A stretch of 64,000 nucleotides of DNA. It comes from Amoebophrya sp. A120 (Eukaryota > Protista > Dinoflagellata). The DNA lies in NCBI GenBank assembly GCA_905178155.1, contig CAJINV010000007.1, positions 2,895,151-2,959,150 on the forward strand, written 5' to 3'. Of the stretch, positions 25,069-38,706 are shown in pieces. The notes beneath the pieces were generated by a model. That model worked only from the letters and a program-made list of their open reading frames with translations, searched no databases and was not told the origin of the DNA. The position numbers and the translations under genes are program-made. Position 1 is the stretch's first letter, and each line of letters begins with the position of its first letter.

Positions 25069-26621
25069 CTTGATTGATTTCTGCCTCAGGGCCTGGTGAT
25101 TGACAACGATAGGGTTGTACTAGTGTCGGGTTTAATCAATCTTGTTCGTAATATTTATCGCGTGTTGCCGGTTTTCGAGTACGGATACCTACTTAATACT
25201 TCCTCCGGTCGTGCACGCAAATTGCGCCGGCGGGGTGATGCTACTTATTTACGAAAGACGGTGAATGTCAGTGAAGTCAGGACCCGAGCAAAGATAGAAG
25301 GTTCAGGTTCAGGTTTGGAAGTTGTACTCGATCTATACGTAGCAACGAATTTTGCAAGTCCAAATAGAACAAAGTAGTAATCATGATATATGCATACGAC
25401 AACAATCTATGTCAATTCCGTTTCCATTACAGACGCCAGCACAGGTTGAATTTTACCACCGACCGACCAGAAAAACCGACGTGTGATATGCACACACTGC
25501 AGAGAGGACATCGACGCGCACACAGAGACACTTTGACTTTCGCATGATACGGCGCATACCACATATATCCGAAGCATTTCCACCACAGACGTAATTCACG
25601 GGTCTTCACAATACCAGGCGCCACTTCAACGTGGAATCTCACGTAACGCGTGCTGACTGAAAGAAACAAAAACGAATACTAGTTCCCGAGGTGAACAATC
25701 AAGAAGTACTTTGCAAAGCATAGCAGGTTCAAGTTTTGGCCGCGGTCGCCGATGCCAAAGCGGAATATAATTTCCTCACTTTTTTTTCTTATCTTCATTG
25801 CGTCGCGAAAAAGCGGAAAGTCGCCAAATAAAAGGTCGCGTATTTTGTCGTCTAATGCTGCTGGGTCTTCTTCCCAATGGTCGCTGAAAGATGACAGGGT
25901 GTTGTGGGCAGCAGGAGGAAGGTTTGATTTTCTTGGTAGCCAAAAAGGGTATACAGTTCGGAAAACAGAATACTAGAAATATTAAGTCAGAACGAACTTT
26001 AGATGTGGAATTTTTAGTAGAGCGTCGACGTCATTGTCCTAAAAGCAGAACTTTTAGGGAGTAGAAGTTTTGAATGACTAAAAAAGGTCACGACGAAAAA
26101 TGTTGTCGGGTGGCCTCAAATAGTTTCAATCCTACTACTCCAGAGCAAGGTACTACCGTCACAACTTGGTGGTTATTGTCCCGGTTTCTGAAGCAACTGT
26201 GAGAGGTCAGAAAAAAATGCGATACTCTTTTTGCAACTTCCTAAAAGACGGAGAAGAAAATGCAATTCGATGGGAAATTGCATCATCTGCACAAACAGAA
26301 ACGGAAACTTCTGTGCTTAGCTTTTCGCTTTTATTGCATAAGTGACAATGGAAAATTCGCTTCCTTCAAGTCCAAAGACTCAAAGCATCATAAAAGAAGC
26401 TCAACTTGATCTGCTCAAGGGGGCCCTATATTCTTTTTGCACTTTTCATTCGTTGTTTAGGTTAGTTTGACGTGCGAGAAAGGATTAACATCATTTCTTG
26501 TCGCCATAAAATTCAACATCGAAAACAGCTGCACACATGATCAACGTGGAAGGATGGTTATGCTCATGAGCATGACAAGAGTCAGATGCTATAAAAATCT
26601 TCAGTATCGGTGTTCATTTCT

Positions 26622-29600
26622 TCATTGCGTAAACAAATACTTCAAGTCTTCCGCACTGAGTTTTCCCCAGGCGGCCCCGGATTTTCCGACCGTCGCGTCA
26701 AACACAGCCTGCTTTTTCGCCTGTAGCTCCAGAATTTTTTCCTCGATCGTGTCCTTCAATACGAACCGCTTGGCAATGACGGGCCGCGTCTGCCCGATCC
26801 GGTGCGCTCGCTGCATGGCCTGCAATTCCGCCGCCGGATTCCACCAGGGGTCCATCACGTAAATGTAGTTCGCGCGTTGCAAATTCAACCCCTCGCCGCC
26901 GGCCTTCAGGGAGACGAGCAACACCTTCGACCCGATCGGGTTGGTGTGGAAGTCCGCGATGATGTTGTTTCTCGACTGGATCGACTGCGACCCGTTCAGT
27001 TTCGCACAGGGGATGCACTCGCGCTTCAGCCGGAACTCGATCAGGTCGAGAAACCGGATGAACTGCGAAAACACCAGCGCCTTCGAGTCGGCCGGGATGT
27101 TCTGAATTTCGTGAACCAAAGCCTCAATTTTCGTACTGGATTCGAAGTTCTCGATGTTGATCTGGTCGATGAAAGTTTGCTTTTTTGCGGTTTTTTTCAC
27201 CGGTTTAGTTGGCTTCTTATTATTGTTCTCGTCGTTTGTTGCATCAGCTGGTGAAGATTTCAAGCCCGCATCTTCCGAGCTATTTTCCCCGTCGGAGGAC
27301 TCTTCCTCGCTCGGGCTCGGATTGTTGTTCTCATCGTCCTCATCGTCATCGTCGTTGCTACTTGCGGGGTTCAAATCTACCGTGAGTGGTGCGAAGCAGG
27401 CCGGACAGCCAACGCCGCCCTGCTCCATTTCCGGCGCGTCTTCGATGTATTCGGTGACGCAGTCCGTGCAGAACGCGTGCCCGCACTTCGCAATCACCTG
27501 CTTCTGGCAGATGTCTTGACAGAGCGTGCACACCATGCGACTGTCGTTTTCTTTCTTGTTCGACTTGGACGGCATGTTCGCCTGGCCGATCGACCCCATC
27601 CCGTGGATAATCAAGTACGGATGGTCGACCGCCTGCCGCAGCCGCATGATCAAATCGAACACGTGCGCGTAGTTGTGGAGCAAAGTTCCCTTATCCACGT
27701 AGGTGTTGAACTCGGTGCTGGTCTGCATGTACATCGACTGGTAGAAATCCTTTTCCGCCTTGGACATTTGATCCCTCCTGACCTGGATCGTCAACGACGG
27801 GAGGTTCAAGTCCGCCTTCCGCTCCTCTTTTGTTCTTCTCAGCACCGACCGGGCGAGCACCTCGTTCTTCAGCAACAGCATGGCCTTCTTCCCGAGTCCG
27901 ACATTGTTGCCGTATTTTTGCAACGGTAGGGTGATGTGCTGCTGGAAGTAGTTCCGGTGCTGTCCCTTCCCGTGCCCGCACTTGGTACACATGTAGTCCC
28001 CTTCCACGTTCAGCTTGAAGTCCAGCAGGCAGCAATCGCACCCCTTCTTCTGACAGAACAGGTAGGCGAAGGGTTTCAGCCGGATGAAGCGGACCAGAGA
28101 GAACAACTCCCCCACGCGGTTCTGCAACGGCGTGCCGGACACGCACCACCGCGTGTTGGATTGTAACGCAAATGCGGCTTGGCACGTGGACGTCGTGCGG
28201 GTCTTGATGCGGTGCGCTTCGTCGAGGATAACGCGCTCGAAAACCGTGTTGAACAGCGGGGACTTGGTAAAATCAAAGTCCTCCTGGGCTCCCGGAGGCC
28301 CGCGGATGGCGTCGTCATCCGCGGGCTCGCACAGCAGGGCGGCGTCCTCAATGGTGTCTTGGTTAGTTGCATTGGCCTTTGTGGTTTGTTTATTGTTCGC
28401 CGTGGCCGCGGCGGCGCCTGAGGTTGATTTGTATAGATAGTTGATCATTAAATAGGTTCACTTCTGCATTCCGAATGTACTTTATTACGGAAGGTCTACT
28501 TGTTTGTCATGCGGTTGCAGAAAATAACAAGCAAGCTGCACATGCAAAACCCCTGCTGTATCAACATATCTTTCGCTGTATCTAAAACTATCAGTCTAAT
28601 ACCTCGACTCCTCGCTGCGGTGGGCACGCCCTTCATTTTGGAGGTTTTCCCTCCCTCGTCCTCCGCGTCATCCTGATCGTCGTCTGCAACTAGGAATTCT
28701 TCCTTCACGGAAGGAACTGCAGCACCACCGGCTTTTTTACTTTTCATCGCTTTTGAAGAAGAAGTTTTCTTCGTCTCCTCGTCTTGTCTAAACTGCTCCA
28801 TCGCGTACTCGATCAGCTCGACAGAATACGTCGCTCCGGCCAGCTGCAAAGCCTCTTGTTTCTGCAATCGAGTCTCAAACAAGGGTACGTACTGCGGCTT
28901 GCTAATCAAAATCTTGGCTAAGTTGTTCCCCTGTTCGGCGAAATCCCTCTCGTATTCCTGCAACGCGTACGTGAGAAGCTCCACCGAAAAAGTCTTCGGG
29001 CCGAGTTGAATGGTCTGCTTGTTCTCCACCCGCTGTTCAAAGACTAGCTTGTACTGCGGCTTGTTCTTCAGAAGGTTGGCCAACATCTCACCGTCAACTT
29101 TTTCGGCTTTCGTGGAGAGGACAACTGTGGTTTATTGAAAAGAGTAAGATTTCTTTTACTTTGTTATCGACATGCAGGAATTTCTCGTCGCACAAGCGAC
29201 CCATAAACGAACGCACATCGAAGGATTAGGCATAGGGTCCCGCAAAAAAGAACTAGAAGCAGGAGACAAATCCGATACTTGTTTTCCTCTTTTTCGCTTT
29301 TTTCGCGGAGGGCGAGCCTTGCGTCGCTTGGCTCTGCGTGCTCTTCAATTTCGCTTGCTCCATCTCGGCCGACGTCACGTCGGACATTTCCATGATGTCG
29401 GTCTTGCCCCGTAATCTTTTCATCGGCTGGACAACCTGCAGGCTCTCCAAAGCGTTCGTGCTCTTGTCATTCTTGTCGTTATCATTCGACGAACTGGAGG
29501 ACGCGCCACCGGTGTTGGTAGACGAGGAGGAAGAATTTGGTGTTGTCCCTGTGCTAGTTTTCATCGCCTCCTTTGTTGTAGTGCCGCCACCAGTTTTCAT

Positions 29601-31781
29601 CTTCTTACTCTTTACTTTTTCCCACGCACTCATCGCTTTGTCTTCCAATTCCTTCTGGTTTGAGGATTTGCCAAGAATTTGGTTCTGCGCTTCTTTCGGC
29701 AGCGCGGAGATCGGAAACGGCAGGTAGGGCATGTTGTTATTCATCGACTTGTCTCCTGATGAAGAAGCTGCGGTAGTAGTTCCGGTCGTGCTTCCATTCA
29801 ACATCTTTTTCCCCGCGCCCTTTTTGTCCCCCGTTTTCGCAGATTTCGCTGCTGGCGCGAAGTCGATGTTGGTTTCGTAACCGCCTATCATCAACTTCCG
29901 ACCTCCATTTGCGGCTTTAGTACTACTGGAAGACGAGGACGCGGCTGCACCACCAGAGCCGACTTTTTTGTTTTTCTCGTTTTCCCGCAGATTTTTCCAC
30001 ATTTCCTTGTTCGCCTGCATGGTTGCGGTGCGCAGACTGTGGATCGGGTCAAAGTTGATGCCGGAATCCTTGCCCCCGATCTTCATCTGCTTCGCCACCG
30101 CTTCCTTGCGGCTGGTTTTCTGCTGCGCCTCGGTCATCTGCGCGTCCGGGCCGCAGAAGTAGGTCAAGTGAAACTGCAGCTTGTCGGGAAGGAAAGCCTT
30201 GCCGCAGTATTCGCACTTCACTTTGTGCTCGTTGATGACCTGTCGGTAGTCGTACTCCATAGTCTGGTAGGTGGTCAGTATTACCACGATTTTCCCGACA
30301 TCGTCCGCTGTGAAATCCAGCAACGCGGACCTCCCGCCGCCGTGGTACACCCGCACTTCGATCTCGTTCGTGAACCGATGGATCTCGTTTCGCCATTGCA
30401 ACACCGCTGCGGTCGGACAGACGACCAGTGTGGGGGACTTGCGCTGCTTCAGGATCAAGCTGATCATCTGAATCGTCTTGCCCATCCCCATCTCGTCCGA
30501 CAAGATTCCGCCCTTCGTCTTCTCGTCGTTCTCTTTTCCGACGAGCCAGTGCAGCCCTTCCTGCTGAAACTTGAGCAGCGGAACGGTCAGCCCCTGCACC
30601 TGCATCGTCGGCTTGGGGCCGGTGTCCTCCTCCTCGTCCTCGTCCTCCTGCTGTTCTTCCTTCGGTTGCAGCTCCGCAAGGGCTTTGGTTTTCTCCGCCG
30701 CAGGCAGTTCCGCGAAATTCACCATTTCCCTCGTGCACAGGTCCTTCGTCTGATAAATCGTTCACGTTGTTTCATCATATTCATCATGTTTCCGTATAAG
30801 TAGCGAAAAAGAACAAGGTCCATCTACAACTGATGCAATACAAGTCTAGAAATTCAAATTCATTCTTCCCCTCTCGGTCTGAACGACTCTGCATCACAAA
30901 ATAATTGAACGCCTAAAAAAAAAGCAAGCAGTAGCTATCTGTAGTACTATCGCCTTTTTCCCCTTGTCGAAGATCGTTTCGCACAGGCTGGGGTCCTGAA
31001 AAAAGGAGTAGCTCGCGCAGCCGAGGTGCAGCCAATGCGACAGGGCCCAGTAGTCGCCCCGTCGGTCTTTCACCGGGTACCCGACACGGTACAGCCCCTT
31101 TTCGATGAACTCACCGCATCGTCGGCAGGTGGACCGGCCGGACGGCACTTCCTGGATGACCCAGGAGGCGTCCATCACGCAGTGGTCGACCTGCTCCTCA
31201 TCCAAATCCTCTTTGGACTGCGGCGCCACCCAGTTCTTGGATTTCGGTTCCCACCAGCACTCTGCGAGGGGCGGCAGCAACTTCGTCCCCACGTGTTTCT
31301 TGCCGCCGGTTTCGGACTCGCTACCGGTCGTCGTGTCGCCTTTTTTCTTCATCGGCTTCTTCAGTGCCTTCTGCTGCTGCGCGTTCAAATCCGGAACTTC
31401 GCTTTCGTCCACAGCTTCGTCCTCCGGAATAGCCTTCAATGACTGTTGCTTATTGCTGTTGTGGTCCTTCTTCTTAGATGAAATTCCTCCGGGGTTCCCG
31501 CGCGTTCCCGGACTCGCCTGCTTTTTCATCGCGGCTTTTGTAGACGACGAGGACGACGATGATGCGGTTGTTTTTCCGGGGGACTTTGGCGGGGCGTTCT
31601 TCCTACTGGGAGACGCCTTCTCGTTTTTCTTTTTCACCGGTAATGGAGCCTTCTTCATGCTGGCGCTGCCGGGTGAAGATGAGATGGGTTTTTTGCCTTT
31701 TTTCCCACTGGCTTGAGGACTGCTGCTTCTCGACGGGGGCTTGGCAGCCGCCTTGCCCTTGACAGCCATCTTCGGCGGCAT
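26622..31781 (-). CDS. RAD16: RAD16/Rhp16-like SNF2 helicase with N-terminal PARP-type zinc finger, RING finger and HELICc; 4 exons
   Basis: SGRSTCRRC...HWLHLGC (zf-PARP); GGILSDEMGMGKT; ILDEAH; SGTPLQN; C3HC4 RING; FSQF; SLKAGGEGLNL; DPWWNP; RAHRIGQ. First intron probably GC-AG (donor ~30953). Confidence 0.9.
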
Positions 31782-32633
31782 GGTTCTTCCGATTCAAATG
31801 AAAGTACGTATCACACAGCCTTGAAGGACTTATTCTCTCCGATGAGTTGAGTGAATATCTGACTGTTACATCGTAATTCACCAATTATTCGATCGGTTCG
31901 GCTCCTCACTATTTTTGGTAGAAGAAATTCATCAAATTGGCGGTTGGGCGAAGCGTGCGTGTCTTGTTTTCGAGGTGATTTCTGAAAATTGAAAATTGGA
32001 GTTGCATTGGAGGATTTTATTACTGTCGTACTTCTACTGTCGTTCTACTCACTTCTTACTACGAAATTGAAAATGCAACTGCCTGTCTAGGTCGCTGGAC
32101 GAGAGGAAGACTATACGAGCTAAGACGTCGCATGTTGAGCAGAATGCAATGAACAAGAATAACAAATTGGGCGGGAGTGAAGTCAGGTAGACATGGGTAG
32201 CACAAGACCTTGTAACTTATCATGGGTACTATGGGAGGACACTCTGTTCTTCAGTCTTTTGTCAAAATTTGTTTCGACGAATGTTTTGGTGGGCACTCAA
32301 AACGTTTTTGCGCGTGTAGCGTTACAACAAAACTCTATCCTCCTCGACACTGAATGAATCGTGGTGCTCGCGCCTTGTTACAACTTGTGCAAATCCTATT
32401 GCGTTTCTTCCTATTTTTGTGACGATCTACGTCAGATGTTGATCATCTCGTGTTCTATTCTAGCTGGCGGTAATACGTACGATATCACGACCAGATCCTC
32501 TCTCTCTCGACTGCCGTCTCTTTGGAAAGGACTTTTGGGGCACCACACCGATAGAAATTCGAGCGATGGACACAATTTGCCTGCTCGCAGGTTGTCCTAC
32601 TTGCACTTTCAGTTTTTCCTGTTGCTTGCTTGC

Positions 32634-32712
32634 GCGGCCTCAGACTATGATCGCCGCGGTCTCAGACTATGATTGCTTTCAGTAACTCTGATCGCAGCGG
32701 TCTCAGACTATT
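32634..32712. repeat. Short tandem repeat, ~22-nt unit GCGG(T/C)CTCAGACTAT(GATCGC) x3
   Basis: Three copies visible, with a spacer before the third. Confidence 0.7.
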
Positions 32713-32879
32713 GTACTTACTCATTGTCATGCGCGCAACACGAACATCAACATTGTTCTTTCGCTCACAACTCGCTGTAGCAATAAAATCAGAGACGTCA
32801 GTAAGGAACTCTTTATTCTCAAGTTGAAATTAAAGCTTTGCTTTCGACAAGAAGCGTAAAGACAATCTTCTAGCCTAAT

Positions 32880-34997
32880 ACACCACTGGCTCCACCAATT
32901 CGACGTCTTGTTCCTTCTCGTCCGCAAACACCTTCTCGTGCGCCCAGTGCACGTCTATCCCAGAGAAAAAAGCTGGCAGGGCATCTTTGTAATGCAAAAA
33001 TAAATAGACAGAAAAATTTGTCATGTGTGGCCCCATAGCATGCTTTTCGGATACGCAATGCAGATTTTTTTACGTATTTATTTTTGCAATACAAATATGC
33101 CCTGCCCGCTTTTTTCTGTGTGATAACGTCCACAGTGCGCGGATACGCGTACAGGAGCGTGCTCGCCGGCATTTGCCAGCGCCGCTTCATCCTCCGGAGG
33201 CGCGTGAAACAGGCTTTGGTGAGCTTCATGTTTGAAAACTCAAGAATGAACCCGGAGGAGGGAAGGAATTTTTGTGCACCAGGAGCTCTTTTTTTGTTTA
33301 TCTGATCGTTCTTGAAATCCTTCATCGTGAGGCCGGAGGAGAAAGCGGGAAATAATTCCTCTGCAACGTCAACATGTGGAGAAAGAGATGAGGACTCCGC
33401 GTCTAGTGCTTGGTCTTGTGCACAACTACCAAGGGGTCTTTGCTTATTCTCCGAATGAAGATGATCTGCAGCATGGCCAACATGATGATCCTCCGAGTCG
33501 GTCATATTTTGTCTTCTTGCCAATCTCTCTTCCCCTCCCGCCAACGGGAGCACGGAATGCAGCTTCCTGACCCGTTCCGGGAAGAATTTCAAGTGGTTTA
33601 AAAAGGACGTGAATTCCTCCACCGACAGGTCTTTGTCCCAGCCCTGCGTGTACACCTGGTAACGGTTTTCCTGCTCGAAGTCGAGTTGCTCGCTGCCGTC
33701 GTTATGGATTGCAAAAGTGTCTGGGTCTGGAAGGTTAGAACTTGTCATGCTAAATCTAAATGATGCAAAAATCTGTGTTGCAAGAGTGCCAAAAGCTGTC
33801 CGCTTTTGACCAAGTAAGTTGAGAGGGAGTTTCTCATGCAGGAAAGGCATGATAGAGACCTCAAAGAACCTGTCATGCTGGGTCTCGCATTCCAGACCTC
33901 ATGGGTCATGGAAAACCTGCATCACAAATCTTGCCTTTTTCCAGACCCAGACTTTTTCACATTTGCTAGTCGTTGTTCCAGAACAAACAGCTCCGATCGG
34001 CGTACAGAAAGGAGCAGCCGAACAGCGTTTCGTACTTGGCGTGCTTGGGCACCGCCAGCTCCTGCACCGCCGCCATCACGTGCTTCGCCTGCTTTTCGCT
34101 GTCGCAGACCACGAAACACATGTCGCCCTGGATGCCGTGTTTTTTCATCTGGAAAACGATGTGCTCCGGCGGGATCTGCACACTGCAGTGCTGCAGCAAC
34201 ACCGCCGCCACGTCCTGGCGGCCGTAGGCGCGCGGAACGTTGTGGAGAGTGACCGTTCGCAACAGGTGCTCGGGGCGTGCGAGGAAGTGCAGGTCGTCGC
34301 TGTAGCGGAGGTGCGCTTCCGCCTGCTCGATGAAGAGCCGGATGTCGTGCCGATCCAGCGGGCGGTAGGAGACTTCAGGCGGTTGTGCCAGAGCGGGTGT
34401 TTGAAGGTGTCCTTCTGGTGGGCCAGAAGAACCAGAAGCATTCCGGTCGTCGAACCAGACCGAAGAGAGCATCTTTGCCACGTGCGGGATGTTCTCCTCG
34501 CACCTCACCACGGCCCGCCCGGTGCTGCGACCGAGTCGGGAGCGGGCCAGAAAGATGTCGTCCAAGGTAACACCCTCTCCCCGCAGGAGTTGGTAGAGAT
34601 CCTGTTCCGTGATGTGTGTGGGAAGTTTGGAGAGCAGAAACCCCTCCTGCCGCTCGCTCAAGCTCAGCGAGCCGATTTCGTCATGCCAGGAAAGCGAGGA
34701 AAAAGATCTTCTTGAAGTAGTAGTGGAGAAAGATTTTTTCGTCGGTGTTATCGCCGTAGTTGTGTTGATCTTTCGGCTACACGTTGACATCATCACGCTG
34801 CCAGAAGCCGCAGAAGATGCAGCGTGTCGAAGGTCGCGACAGGAACCGTTTACGTGGTCTGGTGAGCCAAGAAACTCCCGTCTGAAAAGAACCCGCCACG
34901 AAAGGTGTTTTCTGTCGGCAGTTGTAGTAGCGCCGGGAACGACGAACCGGCGAGAGCTCGAGCTAGCGCGCGACGACATAGTCGATAGCTGCTTCAT
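32880..34997 (-). CDS. Multi-RRM-like RNA-binding protein, possibly mitochondrion-targeted; 3' end uncertain
   Basis: FLLSKLP...STGRAVV, VTLHNVP...MCFVV and VYTQGW...GFILEF RRM-like segments; R/S-rich N-terminus; exons rejoin after removing introners at 33703 and 32956. Confidence 0.7.
32956..33125. mobile_element. Introner family F (170 nt)
   Basis: TATC.CA.AGAAAAAAGC.GGCAGGGCAT long TIR; TSD ACGTC; removal gives TVDVHWA. Confidence 0.92.
33703..33968. mobile_element. Introner family C (266 nt)
   Basis: GTCTGGGTCTGGAA / TTCCAGACCCAGAC; TSD GTCGT; removal gives WNNDGSEQ. Confidence 0.9.
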
Positions 34998-35387
34998 TCT
35001 GCAACGTTTTTTGGTAGCTTGCGCTCCTTGTCAAAATTCAAGCGATACGAAAGAAATCCAAATGATCCCGTGTTTTGGTTTTGCATCGGTTAGATCTAGA
35101 TGGCTTGAAAAAATCATGGCGATCCAACACTACTTTTGATTCGACCACAGATCAGGAAGAAGTCAGAACGAGATGCGTCTTTGCAAGAAATGGGATCAAA
35201 TTCCGAACATCGTGTCTTGATCGAATTAAACCAGCAACGTGCGCATGCTCGTTTCCTCAAAGCCAAAGCAGATTGGCTGCAAAAATCATTAGGTTTAGGT
35301 TTATTGTTCTTATACTCTTCGTTTTCCTACACAAAAAGTCCAAATGATCGAATCTTCCTTTCTGCAAAGTCGCGCGCTGGCTGGCAA

Positions 35388-36989
35388 TCATGCCCCGCAA
35401 CTCCGAGCGAGCGAGTTGTTTCTTGTGGAGCATTCCTGCGCTGCAGGAAACAATGCCCGCCCTGCCTCAAATTCTTCTTCCCTCGCCTGCTCCTCTCGCC
35501 GATAATACGAAGGAATTTTGAAAATGTTTCGGTCACCACTTTCCGCCCTTGCAACCATCCCTGTTCGCTTTGCCGCATCTGGCGCTTCTGCTCCCCCGTC
35601 GCAGCTCCTAGTAGGCTCATGTCGAGAAGTTGTGGCAGAACCAGATCTTCTATCGCCTTCCAGCTTTCTCTGGACCAAAGACCCCATATCGTCCAGAATC
35701 CGCGATAAATAGTCGGCCTGCTCCACCTGCTTTGCAGCCTGGGCAAGTGCTTCGGGTGATCCGATTCCGTATTCCAGGGCGTATCTGCATAATGTTCGAA
35801 ACAAAATCTAAATCATCGAGATGAGAAGCGCTTTTCTTTTTCTCTTGATTTTCCTATCTGAAAATAAAACAACAAAAGGACAGCAAAAGCTTGCTCGAGT
35901 TTGTGCGTCTTACCTTTGGTAAGGCGTCACTCCGGAAAGGTTATCGACGATCTTTTCCTTTATCTTCGTCGGATTCAGGCTGGTCGTTTTAACCCCGGAG
36001 GAAAATCCGCCAGCACTTGCACTGTAGTGCGGTGTCGACGCGGCGCGGAGAGATGACGTTGAAGTAGAGGCAGCAGCAGTACAACCAGAGCCACCTGCGG
36101 CGGCCGCGCCACCACTGCCCCTGCGCCCGCTCCACCAGGAGCTTTGGCGGGGTTGCCGCAAACTGGTTCTCGGCGGAGTCAACTGCTGCTGCGCGAAAGG
36201 TGAAATGCCTGTTCTACTAGCACCCGAAACCACAGCTCCTGCTGCACGACCGGAGCTAGGCACTTTGCAACCTGGTACGAATTCCTCCTTGCTCGCTGAG
36301 CGCGAAGAAGATCTCGGCCTCGCCTGCAAGTACTGTGGCTTAATCGTTTGATGGTGCGATACTGCGGTAAAATGTCGCTCGCTGGTCGCAACATCAGAGG
36401 AACTTCTTTCTGGTCCGCTCGATTGAGAATTTCTTTCGCGAACCGTCGGTGGCGCTGGTTCTGCGTCTGAAGGAAGTGGAGACAGTGACGGTCGTAAGGT
36501 CCCTTCCGCAACTCGCTCAGGTGGAGCAGGACCACTTTGGCCCGTGGTTGCAAGTTCCTGCACAGAGCCCGAAGCAGCAGGCCGAGATGTTATCCCCTCG
36601 ACAGTACTGAAACAAGCAGGTGCCGCTGGTATTCTGTTTCTGGAGCTGGTGTTCTCCTCGCGTTGCCCTGTACCTCCTGTGGTCTCCCCATCCTTCTTCT
36701 CCTCCGCGAGCAAATAGTCGGAAACCTCGACCCCAAGCTCCGCGGCTTTTTTGAACAACTGCACGTACTCCTGGCCGGTTTTTTTTACGGAAAAGACCGC
36801 GTTCTCCACGGTCAAGCGCTCGCGCATCCGTTTCTCCAGCTCGTCCACGGCGTCGTTAACATTGTCGCACATACTATACCACACGTCGCGCAGCCGGCTC
36901 TTGGTGCTGGTACAAGAACTTGCGGTGCGCCCATTGTTCTCTCCAGACGCAGACGACGAGCAGGCAGTTGCAGGGAACGAAGAAAACAT
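35388..36989 (-). CDS. Hypothetical protein (2 or more exons)
   Basis: The 359-aa ORF ends at CAA AG|GTAAG and joins GCAG|A TAC GCC (RYALEYG); 3' end uncertain. Confidence 0.6.
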
Positions 36990-38706
36990 GTTCTTTCTCT
37001 ACGTCGGACTTACTTTTCCTCCAAGGAAGTTACTTCAACAATCGCACCACCCTTAAAGGTTCTCATAAGATCTTCCACTGGCCTTCTTCTTCTGTTAACA
37101 GGAAAAAAGCTGATGTGCTTTTTCATCGGTGTCAGAGATCTTTATCGCAGAGGACAATGGATGGTGCCTAGACCTAGAGGCGTCCGGCTTATCCGCTGGA
37201 TGGTCAGACACACATCAACTGGAGGGGCGCGCAAAGCCAAGCCCCGTTATTGCTATTGGTATTTACTTACTCCCGTTCACTCAAAAACAACTCGACCTTT
37301 TGTGACGCCGAACACGACAATACGTATGGACATGTTGGCTTAAGAACATTGCAACGCATCGGCTCCTAAGAGTCGCAGCGAACATTCCCAAAATTCCAAG
37401 AATGCTGCCACATACTCGTGCCGTGACAAGCTTCGGCGTTTCGTTTTTTTCTTTTGGAAGTGTAAAATGCTGCTACTTCTTCTGTACCCGGGGCAGGGAT
37501 ACATTATCTGAGCTGCTCTGCTTCCTTTTTCCGATGATCCAGTGGTTTTTGTGGTTACAGTCCATAGAGCGGCCAGACGCAGATTCTTCGTGTGTAGTTC
37601 AGGTGGTTCAATAGCGGGCACACTACAACTAGAAAATAAAGTAGAAGGACACAACATGAATGATGCTCCGATTCCCGGCCGCTTTCCTGCGATTCGTACG
37701 ATATCTTTAAATTCTAAATCCTCGTGAGATGAGTAACTGAATTCCGAGAGCTTATCGTCGTCTACCTTTCAGACCGGGATTTCAAAAAGTAGCAGCCCCT
37801 TCATTTACACGAAAAAAGCAACAAGGAGTTTCGAGGCGCCTTGCTGCATTTCCCCGACATAAACTGCATACATTCCAAAACCACTCAGCAGTCCTGGTAG
37901 GGAGGTGCGGTTGATAAAGCTGGTCACCTCGGACTCCGGATACATTTTCGGTAGGGTCACAAGTGTTCAGACTTCTAAATATCTGCTGACAATGATCGCA
38001 AATTGCAGTGTGGTCGGAGACTCAATAACAACATCCTTCTACACCATCCTAAACTTGTCATAGCAAGCCACTACCACTCTTTCGCGCTTGAATCTGGCTG
38101 CTCATCGCGCTTGAGTTCGTTTTGTGTGTGGTTTGTTTCGTCTCGATTTAGTTGTAGCACAAGCACAAGTAGCAGTCTGGTTCTGAACTAGAAAACTCTG
38201 GAGCACGTCGCTGTTGAAGGCTTCTCCCCGGGTGGATCCGCAACAGGTGTTGACAGATCGAGAACTGGTCTGCAAGCGGACGACGAGTAGACATGCACCA
38301 GAATTTAACTAGCTCATTGCCCCCCTCCTCTAGTAAAAATGTGTACCAACTTCCAAATTTTTTAGAGTTTTGACTTTCTAAACGACAAAGAGTGCGTGAG
38401 AGTGAGACATCAGTGTCATTGATAAAACAAAGCGTTTATGTGAACAAGAGTTTAAATCATTTTCGAAAGAAGTCGAAAATCAAGTATCGGTGAGACAAGA
38501 ATGCTTTTTAGATCGTCGAAGATTCTAGGAAAAACGAGGGATAACTCCCGCGCTAGAAGATGGGATGGCCTCTCCTAGCGACAGGAAATCACCAAACTCA
38601 AGATCTGCAATCGGATTGTCGATCGTAGAAAGCTTTTTCTCTATGTATCGTCGGGTGAAACCAAAAATCATTTTATTTTCCGAAGCACAACAACTCCAGT
38701 TCTCAT

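Noticed and set aside
28496-29086. Separate gene inserted within the RAD16-like helicase
   Set aside because: It splices in frame through GT-AG introns as an internal exon
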